DNA of 64,000 nt from an uncultured Candidatus Saccharibacteria bacterium. GTDB lineage: Bacteria; Patescibacteriota; Minisyncoccia; Phycocordibacterales; JAACPR01. Where the stretch lies: the NCBI GenBank assembly GCA_964507955.1, contig CAZDRR010000001.1, positions 66,650-130,649 on the forward strand, written 5' to 3'. The translations under genes were made by a program, and so were the position numbers. Below are positions 10,342 to 19,138 of this stretch, one piece after another; the stretch's first letter is position 1, and every line of letters starts with the position of its first letter. A model generated the notes under the pieces. It saw only the letters and a program-made list of their open reading frames with translations, had not been told where the DNA came from and did not search any database.

Positions 10342-11097
10342 TCAAGAATTTTCTGCGCAACTGCGAATTAAAGCAGCCTCTTCGTCTCGACGCAACAACA
10401 AACCATTGAGACCCTTGCCAACCCACAATCTTTTCATTTTTTGAATTTCGTCGGCTATGCCTTGATAATCTTTATCAAGAACCAATTGGCGAATAGCTAA
10501 CATTTCTTTTCTTGATTCTCCGATTAAAGATGTGCCACGATTAAAGACTAAGGAAACTAAAGCCCCAAAAGCGTCAGGATGAAGTTTATCTGCTTCGGGA
10601 TAAATGCGAATTACTTCATTTGCCCAACGATTAATAGTGCTATCATTAAAAACTTGAAAAGCAATATTCCAAGGAATATAGATATTTTTAACTTGTGGGA
10701 TTAGGGATTTAGCGGCGATTCCTTTTGCTCCCAAACAATGACTTAATCGTTCAAAATCCTCCGCAGAAAGTTTATCTCCCCAATCTTTTTTAAATTGAGA
10801 AAGGGAGTTATATCCTAAATCGTAACCGATACCAATTGTTACTCCAGAGGCACCAGCAGGCCAAGTAGGTTTTGCAAGCAATTTATTATAATAAGTTTCT
10901 CCCCCTCCGACTTCATATTTCAAAATTAAATCAAGAGCTTTAGGGCTTAAAGAAGTAGTAATAGGTTGAACTATTTCAATATTTAAAGCTTTTATAATTC
11001 CAGACCAAGTATTAAAACCATCATCTCCATCCACTTTTAAACCAAGTTTGGATTGAACAGATTTAATAAATTGAATACGTTCGGGGAAATTACTCAT
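10342..11097 (-). CDS. endolysin: N-terminal peptidoglycan-binding domain plus T4-lysozyme-like (GH24) catalytic domain
   Basis: The N-terminus carries a peptidoglycan-binding-like motif (LGLKVDGDDGFNTWSGI). The catalytic part carries lysozyme-like motifs (YEVGGGETY, GVTIGIGYDLG and ALVSLVFNRG). Confidence 0.6.
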   Translation of the reverse strand: MSNFPERIQFIKSVQSKLGLKVDGDDGFNTWSGIIKALNIEIVQPITTSLSPKALDLILKYEVGGGETYYNKLLAKPTWPAGASGVTIGIGYDLGYNSLSQFKKDWGDKLSAEDFERLSHCLGAKGIAAKSLIPQVKNIYIPWNIAFQVFNDSTINRWANEVIRIYPEADKLHPDAFGALVSLVFNRGTSLIGESRKEMLAIRQLVLDKDYQGIADEIQKMKRLWVGKGLNGLLLRRDEEAALIRSCAENS

Positions 11098-11540
11098 AAT
11101 GTATTTGCGAGAATAAATAAACTATCTATTTGTTTAGAAGTCAAGCCCAATTGCCCTCCTAAAGAAACAATAAGAGGATGATTTCTTTCAAAAACATTTG
11201 CATATTCCCATTCAATTAATGCTCCAGCTTTTGTCGCGGCATCAGGAATATTATCAATAGCGTTAGAAATATTAGTTAAAGAAACCCCACTTTTTAATAA
11301 AGCCAGCCTTAATTGTCTAGGAGTTACCATTTTAGGAACAGATTTAGGCGCGGCAGGAATATCTTTATTTTTTAAAGAGAGACCTTCCTGTGAGGCAACG
11401 GCTTCTTCTGTTTCTCCTGTAATAATAGGGTGATTTGTAGAGACATTAACGCCATTTATGATTTCAAATAAAGCAAAAGAATTGCCTTGGGCGTCGATAT
11501 ATTTTCCAGAATTTATTGGATGTTTTACGAATGTTTTCAT
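11094..11540 (-). CDS. hypothetical protein
   Basis: A 148 aa ORF with start/stop overlaps to the neighbouring genes on the same strand. Confidence 0.35.
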   Translation of the reverse strand: MKTFVKHPINSGKYIDAQGNSFALFEIINGVNVSTNHPIITGETEEAVASQEGLSLKNKDIPAAPKSVPKMVTPRQLRLALLKSGVSLTNISNAIDNIPDAATKAGALIEWEYANVFERNHPLIVSLGGQLGLTSKQIDSLFILANTL

Positions 11541-11541
11541 T

Positions 11542-12171
11542 TTAATTATGAATTACTGTCCAACCTTTAGACACTAAATTATTTACACTGGTTAGATTTG
11601 TTGGGGCGGCATTTGTTCCTCCACTGATATTACAAGTTCCATTATGCACTCCATTTGCATCAAGGACACTTAAAATATGATTAACGGTATTTACAGACAA
11701 AGAATTTGCGCTAATATTTAAAGAATGGATAAGGGAACAACCATTTAATTTTAAATCAGAAAGCAAGTTGTTGTTTAGATTTAATTCTTCTAATTTAGAG
11801 CATTTTTCCAGAGAAATATTTTTTAATAGATTATTATTTGCATAAATAGCTATTAATTTATCCATATAGGAACAATGTATTTCAGATATAGCGTTAAAAT
11901 AGCATACTAAACTGGTTAAATTTGGCAAATCTCCAAGAAATAATTTTCCATCCGCCCCGCTAAATGTAACAGATATAGACGTAATAGCATTAGGGTTTTT
12001 AGGTAGAGCGATAGTATTATAACAATAAAAATTAAAATATAAAGAGTCTAAATAATTCGCTATTCCTCCAATAGCAACTGGTCTCAAACTTTCTAATTGA
12101 TTTACAATATTTTGCTGTAAATTTAAATTAGGATAGTTGCCTAAAGCATAATTTGAACTAAGATTGATCAT
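11542..12171 (-). CDS. leucine-rich-repeat protein, paralogue family member 1
   Basis: LRR-like segments are present (LNLNNNLLSDLKLNGCSLIHSLNISANSLS). The C-terminal module (LSVLDANGVHNGTCNISGGTNAAPT...NLVSKGWTVIHN) is conserved with the two adjacent genes. Confidence 0.5.
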   Translation of the reverse strand: MINLSSNYALGNYPNLNLQQNIVNQLESLRPVAIGGIANYLDSLYFNFYCYNTIALPKNPNAITSISVTFSGADGKLFLGDLPNLTSLVCYFNAISEIHCSYMDKLIAIYANNNLLKNISLEKCSKLEELNLNNNLLSDLKLNGCSLIHSLNISANSLSVNTVNHILSVLDANGVHNGTCNISGGTNAAPTNLTSVNNLVSKGWTVIHN

Positions 12172-12174
12172 AAT

Positions 12175-13071
12175 TTAATTAATAATAACCGTCCAACCTT
12201 TAGCTTGGAGATTATCTTTTGAATTTAATCCATTAATACTAGGCGGGGCATTATCTCCCGCACTTAAATCACAAAAACCATTATGAATTCCACTAGAATC
12301 AAGGACCGCTAAAACTTCATCAATATTTTCTTCTATTAAAGAAGCTCCATTTAAAGCGACATACGACAAAGATGTGCAACCAGTTATTTCAATAAATTGT
12401 AAAGGACAACCAGCGCAATTTAATGTATGTAACACTCCAAATTCATTTAAAGAGAGATAAGCAATATTAGTGCTTTCACAGGAAATACTTTGGCAAGTTT
12501 GAGCAGCACTATTCGAAAACGATATAGAACTAAGAGAATAACTATAAGAGCAAGATAAATACGTTAAAGAATTTAATTTAGATAAATCTAAAGAATATAG
12601 AGAAGAGGAAGAAACGCCAAGGAAAGTTAAATTTGGACAATCAATATTCAATTCATACAGACTATTATTCCCATATAAAGTTAAAGTTGCGAGGTTATCT
12701 CCAGAATAATTAAAAGAAGTTATGTCTGAGCCTTCAACATTTATATCAATTAAAGAAGGACAATTAAAAATATCAATATCTTTTAAAGATAAATCCGCTA
12801 AAGAGATAGATGTTAAAGAAGGCAGATGATAACAAAAAACTTTACCACTTCCAGAAAAAACTCCTTCAATATAAATGGTAGAAAGAGTTTCGGGATTTAA
12901 TGGATAAGCGATAGATCCAGCGATAATTTCAAAATCTTCTGTATTCGAAATTGCAGAGGCGATATCTCCAAAAACCATAGGGCATCTTGGAGCGTTTAAT
13001 AAATTTTGAATTCTGCTTCTTTCAGAATTTGTTAATGTGACATAGACAGGCGTATCTCCAATATCTTTCAT
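12175..13071 (-). CDS. leucine-rich-repeat protein, paralogue family member 2
   Basis: A 298 aa ORF with LRR-like repeats. Its C-terminal module (LAVLDSSGIHNGFCDLSAGDNAPPS...LQAKGWTVIIN) is the same one carried by the 11542..12171 gene. Confidence 0.5.
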   Translation of the reverse strand: MKDIGDTPVYVTLTNSERSRIQNLLNAPRCPMVFGDIASAISNTEDFEIIAGSIAYPLNPETLSTIYIEGVFSGSGKVFCYHLPSLTSISLADLSLKDIDIFNCPSLIDINVEGSDITSFNYSGDNLATLTLYGNNSLYELNIDCPNLTFLGVSSSSLYSLDLSKLNSLTYLSCSYSYSLSSISFSNSAAQTCQSISCESTNIAYLSLNEFGVLHTLNCAGCPLQFIEITGCTSLSYVALNGASLIEENIDEVLAVLDSSGIHNGFCDLSAGDNAPPSINGLNSKDNLQAKGWTVIIN

Positions 13072-13075
13072 TAAA

Positions 13076-13699
13076 TTAATTAGTAAAAATTGTCCAAGAC
13101 TTTTGGATAAGATTATTCATAGCAGTTATCGCTTCGGCAGAAAATGGAGCAGCATTTAAACCTCCACTTAATATACAATATCCTTCTGTGAGGCCATTTG
13201 CGTCCAGTTCTATTAAAATATTATCTATGGAGGTCAAATTATTATAAGCCAGATCCAACGACCGAACACTTTGTAAAGATTACACAAGAATAATATCGGT
13301 TAATCCGCAATTATTTGCTGCGAAAGAAGATAAATGGATTAAATTATTGATCTCCAAATATTCCAAAGGATTACCGTTTAAATTTAAATTCATTACATTT
13401 GGACAATTTTTTATTTTGATTTTAGTTAGAAGATTCAATGGAAGCATGACATCTCCTAAATATGGCAAATCTTCTAAAAAAATTTCTCCAGATAATCCTA
13501 ATTCTTCATATATAAAAGAATTAAAAAATTTATTCTTTGGAAAAGCAATGTCTCCTGCCAAAAATACCTCATTTAAGACAGAGGATATTTGGCCATAAGC
13601 AATCGGTCTAGGGAACAAATTAAAATTCTTTTTAATTTGTTCTTTTTGGAAATCGGATGCGGAAGTTCCAATAGGATTATTACCAAAATCAAGTGACAT
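13076..13699 (-). pseudogene. leucine-rich-repeat paralogue 3, split into two ORFs (13280..13699 and 13076..13258)
   Basis: The upstream ORF carries the LRR part. The downstream 60-aa ORF carries the conserved C-terminal module (LIELDANGLTEGYCILSGGLNAAPF...LIQKSWTIFTN). The two are separated by about 20 nt that contains a stop or frame break. Confidence 0.4.
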
Positions 13700-14058
13700 T
13701 GCTAAAATTGTTACACAAGAAAATCAAATTTTGTGTAAATAAGAAAGTGAGTTATCGCTTATTACAACAAGATATCCATTCTAATTTTTCGACAAATTCA
13801 GGTGTATGGTCGAATTATTATGATCAAATTTTTGCTTTATATACAGGAGCTTCTTCCATGCAGGATTTAAGCGATCATTTGATGAGAGAGTTTAATCGCA
13901 AAGTTGAAATATTGGGATTTACTAATTTAATGTTTGCCCCTTATGATGCTGGATATAGATTCATTAGCGGCTTTTATTCTGGTCCAGTAGTTAATTCGAA
14001 TGGCTTGTTCTATAATGGAGAACAATTAATGTTCAACGGTGAAGAAATTGTAATTTGA
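13693..14058 (+). CDS. hypothetical protein
   Basis: A 121 aa ORF. Confidence 0.25.
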   Translation: MTLLKLLHKKIKFCVNKKVSYRLLQQDIHSNFSTNSGVWSNYYDQIFALYTGASSMQDLSDHLMREFNRKVEILGFTNLMFAPYDAGYRFISGFYSGPVVNSNGLFYNGEQLMFNGEEIVI

Positions 14059-14069
14059 TACAAAAAAAA

Positions 14070-14089
14070 GACCTCCCTTTCGGGAGGTC
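14070..14089 (-). terminator. rho-independent terminator (hairpin plus T8 on the - strand)
   Basis: The hairpin GACCTCCC-TTTC-GGGAGGTC is followed on the - strand by TTTTTTTT. It lies just downstream of the last tRNA of the array. Confidence 0.6.
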
Positions 14090-14094
14090 AAGAG

Positions 14095-14171
14095 TGGTTG
14101 GACTAGCGGGGATCGAACCCGCATATTCTGATTCACAGTCAGAGATTTTGATCCATTTAAACTATAGTCCA
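14095..14171 (-). tRNA. tRNA-His (anticodon GTG), CCA encoded
   Basis: Acceptor TGGACTA/TAGTCCA; T-arm GCGGG-TTCGATC-CCCGC; anticodon stem TCTGA/TCAGA; loop CTGTGAA. Confidence 0.55.
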
Positions 14172-14177
14172 CATTGG

Positions 14178-14600
14178 TTAATATTGAACATATACAGCGG
14201 CCTTCTTAACTTCATAAGAATCGCCCATTCCAAGAGTGTTGATGGCGGCTTGCATTTTACCAGCATCCTTGATCGCAGGAAGATGCCCTTCCATATGAGA
14301 AATAAATTGTTGGTTATAATAGCGCATATCTTCGCGCAGCCATTTTAACTGATAATTCATTTCGGAATATACAGAAGAAATCATCGCGGATACATCGCAC
14401 ATTTTGCAACAGTCTTTACAGCAACAGTCGCTTTCTTCTTTGTCTCCTTCATTTGGAGCCATCATATCGGCCTTTGATTCATAGGAGATAATGGTTTCAT
14501 TATCTTTATTTTCCAAAGTTGCAACAAGCCCAAAATTAGCGGCGTCTTTGATTGCGGCTTCGGCAATTTCTGAATTTAGAATTTTAAATGATTGTTTCAT
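14178..14600 (-). CDS. hypothetical Cys-rich protein
   Basis: This is the ORF starting MKQSFKILNSEIAE and it contains a CCCKDCCKMC cluster. The longer reading to 14654 would overlap a tRNA, so the internal start is preferred. Confidence 0.3.
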   Translation of the reverse strand: MKQSFKILNSEIAEAAIKDAANFGLVATLENKDNETIISYESKADMMAPNEGDKEESDCCCKDCCKMCDVSAMISSVYSEMNYQLKWLREDMRYYNQQFISHMEGHLPAIKDAGKMQAAINTLGMGDSYEVKKAAVYVQY

Positions 14601-14628
14601 AGTAGAGCTTACACGTAAAAAGGGAAAT

Positions 14629-14702
14629 TGGTAGCCCCACGGTGGATCGAACACCGAACTACAGATTCAAAATCTGTTGTTTTTCCATTTAAACTACAGG
14701 GC
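14629..14702 (-). tRNA. tRNA, probably Gln (anticodon TTG)
   Basis: T-arm CGGTG-TTCGATC-CACCG; anticodon stem ACAGA/TCTGT with loop TTTTGAA. The acceptor stem needs G-U pairs. Confidence 0.4.
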
Positions 14703-14708
14703 AGTTTT

Positions 14709-14792
14709 TGGTGCGGGCAGGGGGATTTGAACCCCCGTGTGGTATTCCTGCTTGGAAGACAGGCGCAATCGACCAGACTATGCGATACCCGC
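14709..14792 (-). tRNA. tRNA (possibly Gly-TCC; long variable region)
   Basis: Acceptor GCGGGTA/TGCCCGC; T-arm GGGGG-TTCAAAT-CCCCC; CCA is encoded. Confidence 0.45.
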
Positions 14793-14986
14793 GTAACTTA
14801 TTCTAAATATTTTTCACTCTTCGTCAAGAATATTTTTCACAACATCCTTCTTTTTCAATCCACAACCATATCGAATACGGTTGAGAATTTTTCCAGAGCA
14901 ATTCGTCATACAAACAGATTCGTCTTTCAAGATACGACGAATTTGGCGATTTGTCCGATTGTGTTCTGATTTTTTAGACATAAGAT

Positions 14987-15502
14987 TTAAATAGAAAAGT
15001 ATTGACGAACTTGATCTAAAGAAATAAAAATTGAATTGTATTTGGGATAAATCACATCAACGCAACAATTTAAATATCTTTGATCGACTTTCTTCCAAGG
15101 TCCCCAACCTTTGTGGATAATATGGTTATGGGTATGTCCATGAACATTGTTTTTCCCTCGTAATTCGTCTGGATGAATCGGGCAATGAGTTAACCACATA
15201 CCCTTGTATTTCAACATTCCATGAACTTCTTCGAAAACCTCCATTTGATCTTTCGTGGAAACAAAATCACAATGATTGCCTTTAATAAGGATTTTACGTC
15301 CCTTTAAGTTGCCAAGGATATCCAATCCCTCTTTGGAAAAGGCCGCGTCTCCTAAACAATAAACAAGATCATTTTTACTAATTCTTCTATTCCAATCTTC
15401 TTGAATTAAGATTGTGTTTTCTTCGCTATTACCTACAAAATGTCTAAATTTACCGATATTTCGATGATCAAGATGTAAATCGCTGCAAATATATACGCTC
15501 AT
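14987..15502 (-). CDS. calcineurin-like metallophosphoesterase (Ser/Thr phosphatase family)
   Basis: The motifs D-x-H (SDLHLDH), GDxxD (LGDAAF), GNH (KGNHC) and HGH are present. Confidence 0.65.
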   Translation of the reverse strand: MSVYICSDLHLDHRNIGKFRHFVGNSEENTILIQEDWNRRISKNDLVYCLGDAAFSKEGLDILGNLKGRKILIKGNHCDFVSTKDQMEVFEEVHGMLKYKGMWLTHCPIHPDELRGKNNVHGHTHNHIIHKGWGPWKKVDQRYLNCCVDVIYPKYNSIFISLDQVRQYFSI

Positions 15503-16125
15503 AATTTTTTATAAAATTTTCCTTTTTTGTCAAGACACTGGTAAAATAGGTCCATCAGATCCATATCTATACCCCGAAAGGATTCCAGAGTCAAGAGTTT
15601 TGTAGGCATTTCTTTCAGTAAATAAGGATGGTAGATTGTTGTGCTGTCATACCATTTATTTTGGAGGAAGGTGAACTGATAATAGAACAAATATAGATTT
15701 GCGTTTTTCGCGTAAATTTCATTATCAAACAAGCCCCATCTTTTGGAATATTTTAAAGCCCGAGATTCACAATCTCTTTCCAAAGCAATAACATCCATTA
15801 CAGAATCAAAGTTTGAGCAATTTAATTTTTTTTGCTCCAAAAGATCCCAATAGATAAAATCGTCTTTCCATAACAAAGAATTTTCAACTGCTTGATTCAT
15901 ATGGGAGAATTCATGAACGAAAACTTGTTGAAATAAAGGATTTTTAGTTGCCACAACAATTTCTTCTCCGTCGCACCATCCAGAGCATTTTCCGCTCGGA
16001 TGACTGATATTACGGGTATTAACTAAAATAATTTTTTTATTATTTTTAGCAATATAGTTTTCGCTCCATTGAAAAAAATTTTGAAAATTTAAAGATTGTT
16101 GGGATAGGAAGCTATTTTTGTTCAC
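15499..16125 (-). CDS. hypothetical protein with HExxH motif (possible metallopeptidase)
   Basis: A 208 aa ORF containing VHEFSHM. Confidence 0.3.
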   Translation of the reverse strand: MNKNSFLSQQSLNFQNFFQWSENYIAKNNKKIILVNTRNISHPSGKCSGWCDGEEIVVATKNPLFQQVFVHEFSHMNQAVENSLLWKDDFIYWDLLEQKKLNCSNFDSVMDVIALERDCESRALKYSKRWGLFDNEIYAKNANLYLFYYQFTFLQNKWYDSTTIYHPYLLKEMPTKLLTLESFRGIDMDLMDLFYQCLDKKGKFYKKL

Positions 16126-16158
16126 ATTATATAATAATTGAAATTAGCAATTTTTCAA

Positions 16159-16234
16159 TGGTGGGAATTAAGGGAATCGAACCCTTATCTTGTCTTTAGG
16201 AAAGACTTATTCTAATCCATTATACTAAATTCCC
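16159..16234 (-). tRNA. tRNA (isotype not resolved)
   Basis: T-arm AAGGG-TTCGATT-CCCTT; acceptor GGGAATT/AATTCCC; CCA is followed by ATTTT. Confidence 0.45.
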
Positions 16235-16441
16235 ATACAAGTCAAGAAAAATGGAGGAAAACTAGGGTCCTGATCCCTATGAGTATTGTTCATACCCACC
16301 ACTTACTTTCCAAGTAAGGGCCAACACTTGCTGGCTTAGTTTTCCATTGGAGGATGATTGAACAGTCCAAGTCCATGCCTTTCAGCACACATCGTTTTCG
16401 AAACGAGTTTCCCAGCTTGGGAATTAATCATCCATTTAAAA

Positions 16442-16532
16442 TTGGAGGATCGTAATAGAATCGAACTATTATCCTAGTATTACTAGCATAGCCGAGGGTT
16501 CAAATCTCGTTTGCGGCCATTGCGCTACGATC
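16442..16532 (-). tRNA. type II tRNA (possibly Ser-TGA)
   Basis: Acceptor GGATCGT/ACGATCC; T-arm AATAG-TTCGATT-CTATT; long variable-arm hairpin CTAGTAATACTAG. Confidence 0.35.
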
Positions 16533-16538
16533 CATTTA

Positions 16539-16730
16539 TTATTCAAAAATTACTTCGTCATCATCGCCATCATTAGCAATAACGGAGGCTTTGCTTTTCT
16601 TTTCATCCCATTTGCTATAACAAACTGCTGCGCGTTGTTTATTATCGGGGAACTCTTTTGACAAATCCGCCATACAAGAACTCATAAATTCCTTTTTGGA
16701 CTGCTTTTTGGAAGGTGATTTAATAGGCAT
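16539..16730 (-). CDS. small hypothetical protein
   Basis: A 63 aa ORF lying between tRNAs. Confidence 0.2.
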   Translation of the reverse strand: MPIKSPSKKQSKKEFMSSCMADLSKEFPDNKQRAAVCYSKWDEKKSKASVIANDGDDDEVIFE

Positions 16731-16747
16731 ATTACTGTTTACACTTT

Positions 16748-16824
16748 AATAAAGAAATGGTCCTCGCAGTAGGATTCAAACCCACACAATCGCCCTTATA
16801 AAGAACGCGCTTTGTTCATCTCAG
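16748..16824 (-). tRNA. tRNA (anticodon loop TTTATAA; possibly Ile-TAT)
   Basis: Acceptor CCTCGTA/TGCGAGG; T-arm GTGGG-TTTGAAT-CCTAC; CCA encoded. Confidence 0.45.
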
Positions 16825-16829
16825 CCATA

Positions 16830-16914
16830 CGAGGAAAATTGGTAACTAAGGTGGGATTTGAACCCACAGAGGATAAATGATTTTAAGTCATTCGGTTGTC
16901 GCCATTTCCCTTAT
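16830..16914 (-). tRNA. type II tRNA, probably Leu (anticodon TAA)
   Basis: Acceptor GACTAAG/CTTAGTT; anticodon stem AATGA/TCATT with loop CTTAAAA; T-arm GTGGG-TTCAAAT-CCCAC; total length 85 nt. Confidence 0.45.
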
Positions 16915-16929
16915 CCACTTAGTCATTTT

Positions 16930-17148
16930 TTAAAATTCTATTTTCTTTGGTTTTCTAGTAATAGAGAGTTCAATTTCGAATTCATCTTGAAATTCATTTT
17001 CTCTTAAAAGAGGCCCATTGCGATGAACTTCTCCGTCGATAATAATCGTAATGTGATGACCAGACTTTGATTTACACGAAAAAGAATATTGCTCTGTTGG
17101 AGACAGTTGCATTCTATTATGAGTGCCAGAAATTAAGATCGCTTGCAT
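16930..17148 (-). CDS. small hypothetical protein
   Basis: A 72 aa ORF preceded on the - strand by TTGACT-N16-TAGATT. Confidence 0.3.
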   Translation of the reverse strand: MQAILISGTHNRMQLSPTEQYSFSCKSKSGHHITIIIDGEVHRNGPLLRENEFQDEFEIELSITRKPKKIEF

Positions 17149-17190
17149 TAGGCAAATCTAAGAGTTTTTCTGTAAAAGTCAAGAGAAAAA

Positions 17191-17269
17191 TGGTAGCCCG
17201 TGAGGAGGTCGAATCCCCAACCACAACTTTTTGAGAGTTGCCGCACTGCCACATTTAGCGTAACGGGCC
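17191..17269 (-). tRNA. tRNA (isotype not resolved)
   Basis: Acceptor GGCCCGT/ACGGGCT; anticodon stem CAACT/AGTTG; CCA encoded. Confidence 0.45.
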
Positions 17270-17278
17270 ATTGAAAAT

Positions 17279-17363
17279 TGGTGGGAAAGGTGGGATTCGA
17301 ACCCACAGAGGGTAAAAGATTCTAAATCTTTCGCTTGTCGCCAATTTCACTTATCCACTTTCC
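17279..17363 (-). tRNA. type II tRNA (possibly Leu-TAG)
   Basis: Acceptor GGGAAAG/CTTTCCC; T-arm GTGGG-TTCGAAT-CCCAC; anticodon stem AAAGA/TCTTT; length 85 nt. Confidence 0.45.
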
Positions 17364-17369
17364 CAAAAA

Positions 17370-17449
17370 TGGTGACTCTGATAGGAATCGAACCTACACT
17401 ATTAACTCTCTCAAAGTTATGCCTCTGCCTTGTGTTGGGCTACAGAGTC
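17370..17449 (-). tRNA. tRNA (isotype not resolved)
   Basis: Perfect acceptor GACTCTG/CAGAGTC; T-arm GTAGG-TTCGATT-CCTAT; anticodon stem TAACT/AGTTA. Confidence 0.45.
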
Positions 17450-18025
17450 TTTTTTTAAATTACAATCTGCGCAAAATATTTTCTTGCCATTCCAGTAAGG
17501 GCATACGGTTGGGTCCGTGCAATCAATAGCATATCCCATAATACCCTTTGACATTCCATCATTACTTTGGATTCGTATTTTGCGGAATCTCATTTTCTTG
17601 CCTTGAATAGTTTCATCGAAAGTTTCCGCTTCTCCAGACGCCCAAACAGATAAATCATGTTTGCGAAATAAATCTGCCGTTGCCTTGTCCCAACCGACTT
17701 CAAGATCAGTTTTACCTATATAGTCTTTTCTGTCAAGTCCATATGTTGAACAATAAGCTTCATTAACTTCCATCATTCGGAATTCAACTTCTCCGTCTGA
17801 TCTTACTTGGGCAACTTTGATCCACGCAGGTCTGTCAAAGGAATTTATAACACTAAAAAGCATTCCATTCAATCTTTGCACAGATATATTTGTATGTTGT
17901 TTTATTTCATTGATTTTATTGTCAAATCGCCCTTTAAGCTTAAAATAGGTAAAAAGTAATGCGGACAACTGCCCCCCGATTGAAACGACCAACTCCGTGA
18001 TTTGTCCACTATCCATAATGGACAT
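17417..18025 (-). CDS. membrane-anchored protein with PAS-like domain
   Basis: An N-terminal hydrophobic helix (ITELVVSIGGQLSALLFTYF) is followed by a PAS-like segment (MMEVNEAYCSTYGLDRKDYIGKTDLEV). The 3' end overlaps the predicted tRNA at 17370..17449. Confidence 0.3.
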   Translation of the reverse strand: MSIMDSGQITELVVSIGGQLSALLFTYFKLKGRFDNKINEIKQHTNISVQRLNGMLFSVINSFDRPAWIKVAQVRSDGEVEFRMMEVNEAYCSTYGLDRKDYIGKTDLEVGWDKATADLFRKHDLSVWASGEAETFDETIQGKKMRFRKIRIQSNDGMSKGIMGYAIDCTDPTVCPYWNGKKIFCADCNLKKDSVAQHKAEA

Positions 18026-18147
18026 TATTACACAAAAAAACTAACGGAAATCATTAGGTTTTTTAAAAAAATGGAGGCTATATAGAGAATCCAACTCTAA
18101 TTTCATCATTACGAAAGATGTATAATCGCATTATATCATATAGCCAT

Positions 18148-18222
18148 TGGTAGGGGATCAGGGAGTCGAACCCTGTGGTGGCAGTTTGTAGGACTGCTGC
18201 CCAACCGTAGAGCATATCCCCC
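18148..18222 (-). tRNA. tRNA (possibly Val-TAC)
   Basis: T-arm CAGGG-TTCGACT-CCCTG; acceptor GGGGGAT/ATCCCCT; anticodon stem GCAGT/ACTGC. Confidence 0.4.
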
Positions 18223-18230
18223 ATTAAAAT

Positions 18231-18305
18231 TGGACGCGCCGACACGAATCGAACGTGCGTAATGCTCTTTTGCAGAGAGTTGAGTAGCCATTCCCCCACA
18301 GCGCG
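18231..18305 (-). tRNA. tRNA (possibly Cys-GCA)
   Basis: Acceptor CGCGCTG/CGGCGCG; T-arm CACG-TTCGATT-CGTG. Confidence 0.4.
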
Positions 18306-18313
18306 ATAAAAAT

Positions 18314-18392
18314 TGGCCCGCGTAGGTCGGAATCGAACCGACTATTTAACTCGTTTTGGAGGCGAGTTGCAACCGCCACTTGCTGCTACGGG
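18314..18392 (-). tRNA. tRNA, probably Trp (CCA) with an unusual anticodon loop
   Basis: D-arm GCAA-GTGGCGG-TTGC; T-arm GTCGG-TTCGATT-CCGAC. The anticodon stem ACTCG/CGAGT encloses a 9-nt loop, CCTCCAAAA. Confidence 0.35.
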
Positions 18393-18640
18393 ATGAAAAA
18401 TTTAAAAGAGTGGAGTCCGTAACTTTTTCTTGGCAGAATGAGGTTTAGACAGTGACTCCGCATGGGCTACTTTGGTCGTTTCGGTTCCACCCGAATTAAG
18501 ATTTCTCAACTTGTTACTGGACACCAACGCGCCTTTCCATGACTGGCTTACAAACTTCGCCGCTTTCGCTCTCTTTTAAAATTGGTGGAGAATATGCAAA
18601 ACACTTTATTAAAATTTTGTTTTGCAGTGTAAAGATTATT

Positions 18641-19138
18641 ATGAACCTTAAAGAACAAATTCGACAATATAAATTAGAAAATCCCGATAAAGGTTATGCC
18701 TCTATTGCAAAACATTTTAATTTAAAATCTCATAATTCTGTTAGATATCATTTAGACGATGCTGTTAAAATTAATATATTAAAATCGTCTAAACAATCTA
18801 GGCAGCGTAATGTATTAAAATTAAAAATCAAACAAAGTATTAAAGAGTCTAAAAAACAGGGAGTTATATCCGATTCATTTAATGATTTATTTAAATATTT
18901 TTCTACCCAAGAACCTATTTGTAATTTATCTGGTGTAAAATTTAATATCAATGATTCTTCTGCTTATGAATTAGATCATAAAATTCCTTATTCTCGCGGA
19001 GGAACCAATCAAAAAGAAAATTTGCAATTTACTATTAAATCTGTTAATCGCGCAAAACATTCTTTATTAGAAGAAGAATTTGTGTCTTTATGTAACGCAG
19101 TATCTAAATTTATGGGAAATGGACACAACGAGAATTGA
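18641..19138 (+). CDS. HNH homing endonuclease (start taken at the internal Met; the ORF extends to 18539)
   Basis: HNH motif YELDHKIPYSRGGTNQKENLQFTIKSVNRAKH. This is a + strand gene embedded in the - strand tRNA array. Confidence 0.55.
   Translation: MNLKEQIRQYKLENPDKGYASIAKHFNLKSHNSVRYHLDDAVKINILKSSKQSRQRNVLKLKIKQSIKESKKQGVISDSFNDLFKYFSTQEPICNLSGVKFNINDSSAYELDHKIPYSRGGTNQKENLQFTIKSVNRAKHSLLEEEFVSLCNAVSKFMGNGHNEN

Noticed and set aside
14628-14969. 113-aa + strand ORF 14628..14969
   Set aside because: It lies across two - strand tRNA genes and their spacer. It is almost certainly non-coding.
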